DNA from: Pseudomonadota bacterium
GTDB lineage: Bacteria > Bdellovibrionota > FAC87 > UBA2466
Length of the DNA stretch: 10,142 bases
Assembly: GCA_043718025.1 (NCBI GenBank)
Contig: JAYSWN010000122.1
Span: forward strand, 1 to 10,142
Direction: 5' to 3'
The first letter of the stretch is position 1; each line of letters opens with the position of its first letter. The notes under the pieces were generated by a model. The model was given only the letters and a program-made list of their open reading frames with translations, was not told the DNA's origin and did not search any database. A program made the translations under genes and the position numbers. Shown here piece by piece: positions 7,767 through 10,142 of this stretch.

Positions 7767-8036
7767 GTGAATAAATTTCTGTTCGGTGCGCTTGCAGTAG
7801 TGGTTTTGCTTTGGGGGTGCGCTACCAAAGCACCCGTGGTGACTGAGGTGGCCGAGCCGCAAACCGACGGCACCGGGTGTTCGAAAGAACACGAACATGC
7901 CGACCACGTTCACGGACCAAAATGTGGGCATAAGGCCATTTCACACGATGGCCACAAAGACTATGGCCACGACAGTCATGCAGACTGCCCTCATTCCGGC
8001 CACTGCGACGTACGTACCCCTTCTTCGGCAAATTAA
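7767..8036 (+). CDS. Small His/Cys-rich lipoprotein, putative metal-binding protein
   Basis: GTG start with GGGAG SD 7 nt upstream. Lipobox LWG-C18. The C-terminal half carries 11 His and 4 further Cys (HEHADHVHGPKCGHKAISHDGHKDYGHDSHADCPHSGHCD). Confidence 0.85.
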   Translation: MNKFLFGALAVVVLLWGCATKAPVVTEVAEPQTDGTGCSKEHEHADHVHGPKCGHKAISHDGHKDYGHDSHADCPHSGHCDVRTPSSAN

Positions 8037-8049
8037 ATGCCGAGAGCGG

Positions 8050-8817
8050 TCAGGCGTTCTTGCCGTTACCCATTTCGCTCATTTTGGGCTCGTGAAGGGC
8101 GACCGGCCGCGCGCGTTTTGCAACGCTGATATTAATGAATTCCACGGTCACGCTGAAACCCATGGCGAAATAGACGTAGCCCTTGGGAATATGAAATCCC
8201 ACGCCTTCGGCCACCAGCACCAGGCCAATCATCAGTAAAAAGCTAAGGGCCAATATTTTTACGGTGGGATGACGCTCCACAAAACTTCCGAGGGCATGAA
8301 CCGAAAACAGCATGACCACGAGCGCCACGACATTGGCCGCCACCATCACTCCCAGGTGATCGGTCATTCCCACCGCCGTGATGACTGAATCGATGGAAAA
8401 TACCATATCCATCAACATAATCTGCACGATCACTGAGCCAAAACTGACCGCCGCGGCTTTCACCACGTGCTCGGCGCCAAGCTCGCCCTCCAGCTTGTGG
8501 TGGATCTCGCGAGTTGCCTTAAACATAAGAAAAAGGCCGCCGATGAGTAGGATAATCGCTTGGCCCGAAAAGCCCACGCCGAAGAGGTGAAAGAACGGCT
8601 CCTTTAGATGAACGAGGAATGAGATAGCTCCGAGTAGCACCATTCGAGTGGCGAAGGCGCCGAACAGGCCAACCTTTCTCGCTTTTTCACGCATTGCTTC
8701 GGGCAAGCGGCCGGCGAGAATGGAAATAAAAATGATGTTATCGACCCCCAAAACAATTTCTAGTGAAGAGAGGGTGAGCAGGCTTAACCACACATCGGGG
8801 GAGCTGAGATCAATCAT
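8050..8817 (-). CDS. TerC family integral membrane protein
   Basis: Motifs LEIVLGVDNIIFISIL, DMVFSIDSVITAVG, FVERHPTVKILALSFLLMIG and IPKGYVYFAMGFS, with several hydrophobic segments. Confidence 0.95.
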   Translation of the reverse strand: MIDLSSPDVWLSLLTLSSLEIVLGVDNIIFISILAGRLPEAMREKARKVGLFGAFATRMVLLGAISFLVHLKEPFFHLFGVGFSGQAIILLIGGLFLMFKATREIHHKLEGELGAEHVVKAAAVSFGSVIVQIMLMDMVFSIDSVITAVGMTDHLGVMVAANVVALVVMLFSVHALGSFVERHPTVKILALSFLLMIGLVLVAEGVGFHIPKGYVYFAMGFSVTVEFINISVAKRARPVALHEPKMSEMGNGKNA

Positions 8818-8915
8818 AGTTACGGCTACTGGTTGTGGCTCGCTTTGGCAAAAAATTAAAGAGTTTGTTCAACAAATTAATGGCGCCTTGTTTTCCCTTG
8901 CGCCATTGCCTTTCG

Positions 8916-8944
8916 TTGTACTGAAAGCGGTTCTCAGCTAAATT
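8916..8944 (+). promoter_or_regulatory. Candidate sigma70 promoter for the YkgJ-like gene (possibly leaderless)
   Basis: TTGTAC (8916-8921) - 17 nt - TAAATT (8939-8944), then 7 nt to GTG 8952. No SD. Confidence 0.45.
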
Positions 8945-8951
8945 CTGGTTT

Positions 8952-9368
8952 GTGGCAAAAAAATTTTATGACGAAGGCCTTCGGTTCGAATGCCAGGGTT
9001 CGGGTAAGTGTTGCACCTCGCGTGGCAACTATGGTTACGTCTACGTGGCGCTAGCCGATCGGCGCCGTTTTGCGAAGCATTTTGGAATGACCACCGCAGC
9101 GTTTACCACCAAATACTGCACCAAGACAGACGGTTGGTTCCATCTCAACTTTCCAGAAAAAGATTGTGGATTTTTGGACGGCAAAAAGTGTTCGGTATAC
9201 GATGCCAGGCCCGCGCAGTGCCGCACGTGGCCTTTTTGGCCCGAAAACATGAATGCCAAAGCGTGGAAAAAAGAGGTCGCCAGTTTCTGTCCTGGCGTTG
9301 GCAAAGGGCGGCTTTACTCCGCCCGAGAAATTGAGGAACAGTTAAAAATCGAAGCCGGCAAAGCTTAG
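8952..9368 (+). CDS. YkgJ family cysteine-cluster (CxxCxxCC-type Zn/Fe-chelating) protein
   Basis: GLRFECQGSGKCC...CGFLDGKKCSVYDARPAQCRTWPFW...CPGVGKG. The second Cys of CxxCxxCC is Ser. Confidence 0.92.
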   Translation: MAKKFYDEGLRFECQGSGKCCTSRGNYGYVYVALADRRRFAKHFGMTTAAFTTKYCTKTDGWFHLNFPEKDCGFLDGKKCSVYDARPAQCRTWPFWPENMNAKAWKKEVASFCPGVGKGRLYSAREIEEQLKIEAGKA

Positions 9369-9390
9369 TGACGCCGATTCGGGGCGAAGG

Positions 9391-9783
9391 CTATTTAAAC
9401 GTCCCGCCGCCACGGGTACAGGCGTCGTTTGCGCTCTGCACGTTGGCCATGGCGAAGAAGTAAATGACCGTATTTACGGTCGTCCCCTTATTCGAAGTAG
9501 AGAGGTTGCAAATTCCCTGGCTGCCGGCGGTCTTGCATTCACTATTCGAAGTGTCATTGAACCTGGACCGTATTTCATTCCTGGCCGCTTCGGTCTTTGA
9601 TTTGTCGTAGGTTCCACTCACAAAGTAGTTGGCGCAGCTTCGGCCATTTGCAGCAGTATTATTTACCGAGATCAAGAACTCACCGCTTGGGTTTTCTCCT
9701 GGCTTGTTAGTCCCGTTTTGGGTTTCTGCCTTACCGCAACCCAATAAAAAAAGAGAAATCACAACAAATAATAAATGCTTCAT
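9391..9783 (-). CDS. Hypothetical lipoprotein (130 aa) with four non-lipobox cysteines
   Basis: ATG at 9783 with GGGGAG SD 5 nt upstream. Signal peptide II MKHLLFVVISLFLLG-C. Mature part ends ACTRGGGTFK. The track's extension to 9996 is unlikely to be coding. Confidence 0.8.
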   Translation of the reverse strand: MKHLLFVVISLFLLGCGKAETQNGTNKPGENPSGEFLISVNNTAANGRSCANYFVSGTYDKSKTEAARNEIRSRFNDTSNSECKTAGSQGICNLSTSNKGTTVNTVIYFFAMANVQSANDACTRGGGTFK

Positions 9784-9788
9784 CCCGG

Positions 9789-9832
9789 CTCCCCAGCCAA
9801 CGCAGTGGCAAGACGCCTCTGCTGTTGGGGAG
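9789..9832 (-). promoter_or_regulatory. 5' UTR hairpin occluding the Shine-Dalgarno of the lipoprotein gene
   Basis: Minus strand reads CTCC-CCAAC-A-GCAG-A-GGC-gtctt-GCC-A-CTGC-GTTGG-ctgg-GGAG-ccggg-ATG. The pairs CCAAC/GTTGG, GCAG/CTGC, GGC/GCC and CTCC/GGAG are visible by eye. Confidence 0.5.
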
Positions 9833-9967
9833 GAAGAGCAACCCCTATGCCGCCTGTATTCTCGGGTGAAGACTAGAAAATGAGTGTGTTTCGTTAGGCA
9901 GTTAGCCAAAAAGGGGCACCGACCGCGATTCTTTATGATGGCGAAAGTTAGAACATGCCCCGCATCG

Positions 9968-10142
9968 CGTCTTTGCGAGGCCGTAGGCCGAAGCAATCCT
10001 CACACGGTGGAATAAAGGTCGTCCAATTCGCCATAATCTAAGTAAAACTCTGTCTCTCATCAATCATCGGCCATGGATTGCCGCGCCACTTCGTGGCTCG
10101 CAAGGACGGGTGGGGAGCGTTATCGCTCTCGTCTTTGCGAGG
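9968..10142. repeat. CGTC-tagged REP-like palindromic repeats: one inverted doublet plus the start of a third copy
   Basis: Copy 1 (9968-9999) is CGTCTTTGCGAGGCCGTAGGCCGAAGCAATCC. Inverted copy 2 (10075-10108) is GGATTGCCGCGCCACTTCGTGGCTCGCAAGGACG. Copy 3 (10130-10142), CGTCTTTGCGAGG, is identical to 9968-9980 and cut by the window end. Confidence 0.85.

Noticed and set aside
8881..8900. Sigma54 promoter at TGGCGC
   Set aside because: The required GG-N10-GC spacing is not met on either strand.
8818..8951. yybP-ykoY Mn riboswitch upstream of terC
   Set aside because: Only a short AGTAGC resemblance is present. I could not see the four-way junction or conserved loops, and the region is short and shared with a divergent promoter.
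7656..9334. ORFs 7656-7931(-), 7822-8031(-), 7897-8238(+), 8378-8590(+), 8648-8941(+), 9008-9334(+), 9041-9304(-)
   Set aside because: They overlap the His-rich lipoprotein, terC or YkgJ-like genes, which have much stronger motif support.
9372..9386. Intrinsic terminator between the convergent YkgJ-like and lipoprotein genes
   Set aside because: Only a 4-bp CGCC/GGCG stem and no U-tract, too weak to call.
9629..9996. 71-aa N-terminal extension of the lipoprotein ORF (to 9996) and antisense ORF 9629-9883
   Set aside because: The extension begins inside the REP-like repeat and precedes a clear SD plus signal peptide at 9783. The antisense ORF is a shadow.
9968..10142. CRISPR array or tRNA at the right edge
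   Set aside because: The repeats alternate in orientation with 75- and 21-nt gaps, unlike CRISPR direct repeats. No cas genes are in the window, and there is no tRNA cloverleaf or T-loop signature.

Overview
Bacterial chromosomal window of moderate GC. The protein style suggests a Bdellovibrionota/Oligoflexia- or Myxococcota-like Gram-negative organism (inference only). Bases 1-7648 hold seven tightly packed minus-strand genes: a TesA-like SGNH esterase, a YbbA-like ABC ATPase, a YbbP-like type VII ABC permease, ExbB, ExbD, TonB and a TonB-dependent receptor. The receptor runs off the left edge and is missing from the ORF track. To the right are a small His/Cys-rich lipoprotein (+), a TerC-family membrane protein (-), a YkgJ-type cysteine-cluster protein (+) and a small Cys-containing lipoprotein (-) whose ribosome-binding site is buried in a long hairpin. 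At the right edge is a CGTC-tagged REP-like inverted-repeat pair; a third copy is cut off by the window end. The most notable points are the TesA-YbbAP module joined to a complete TonB uptake system, the lipid-anchored His-rich putative metal-binding protein, the start of a structured repeat array, and repeated -10 boxes 6-7 nt before start codons, which suggests leaderless mRNAs.
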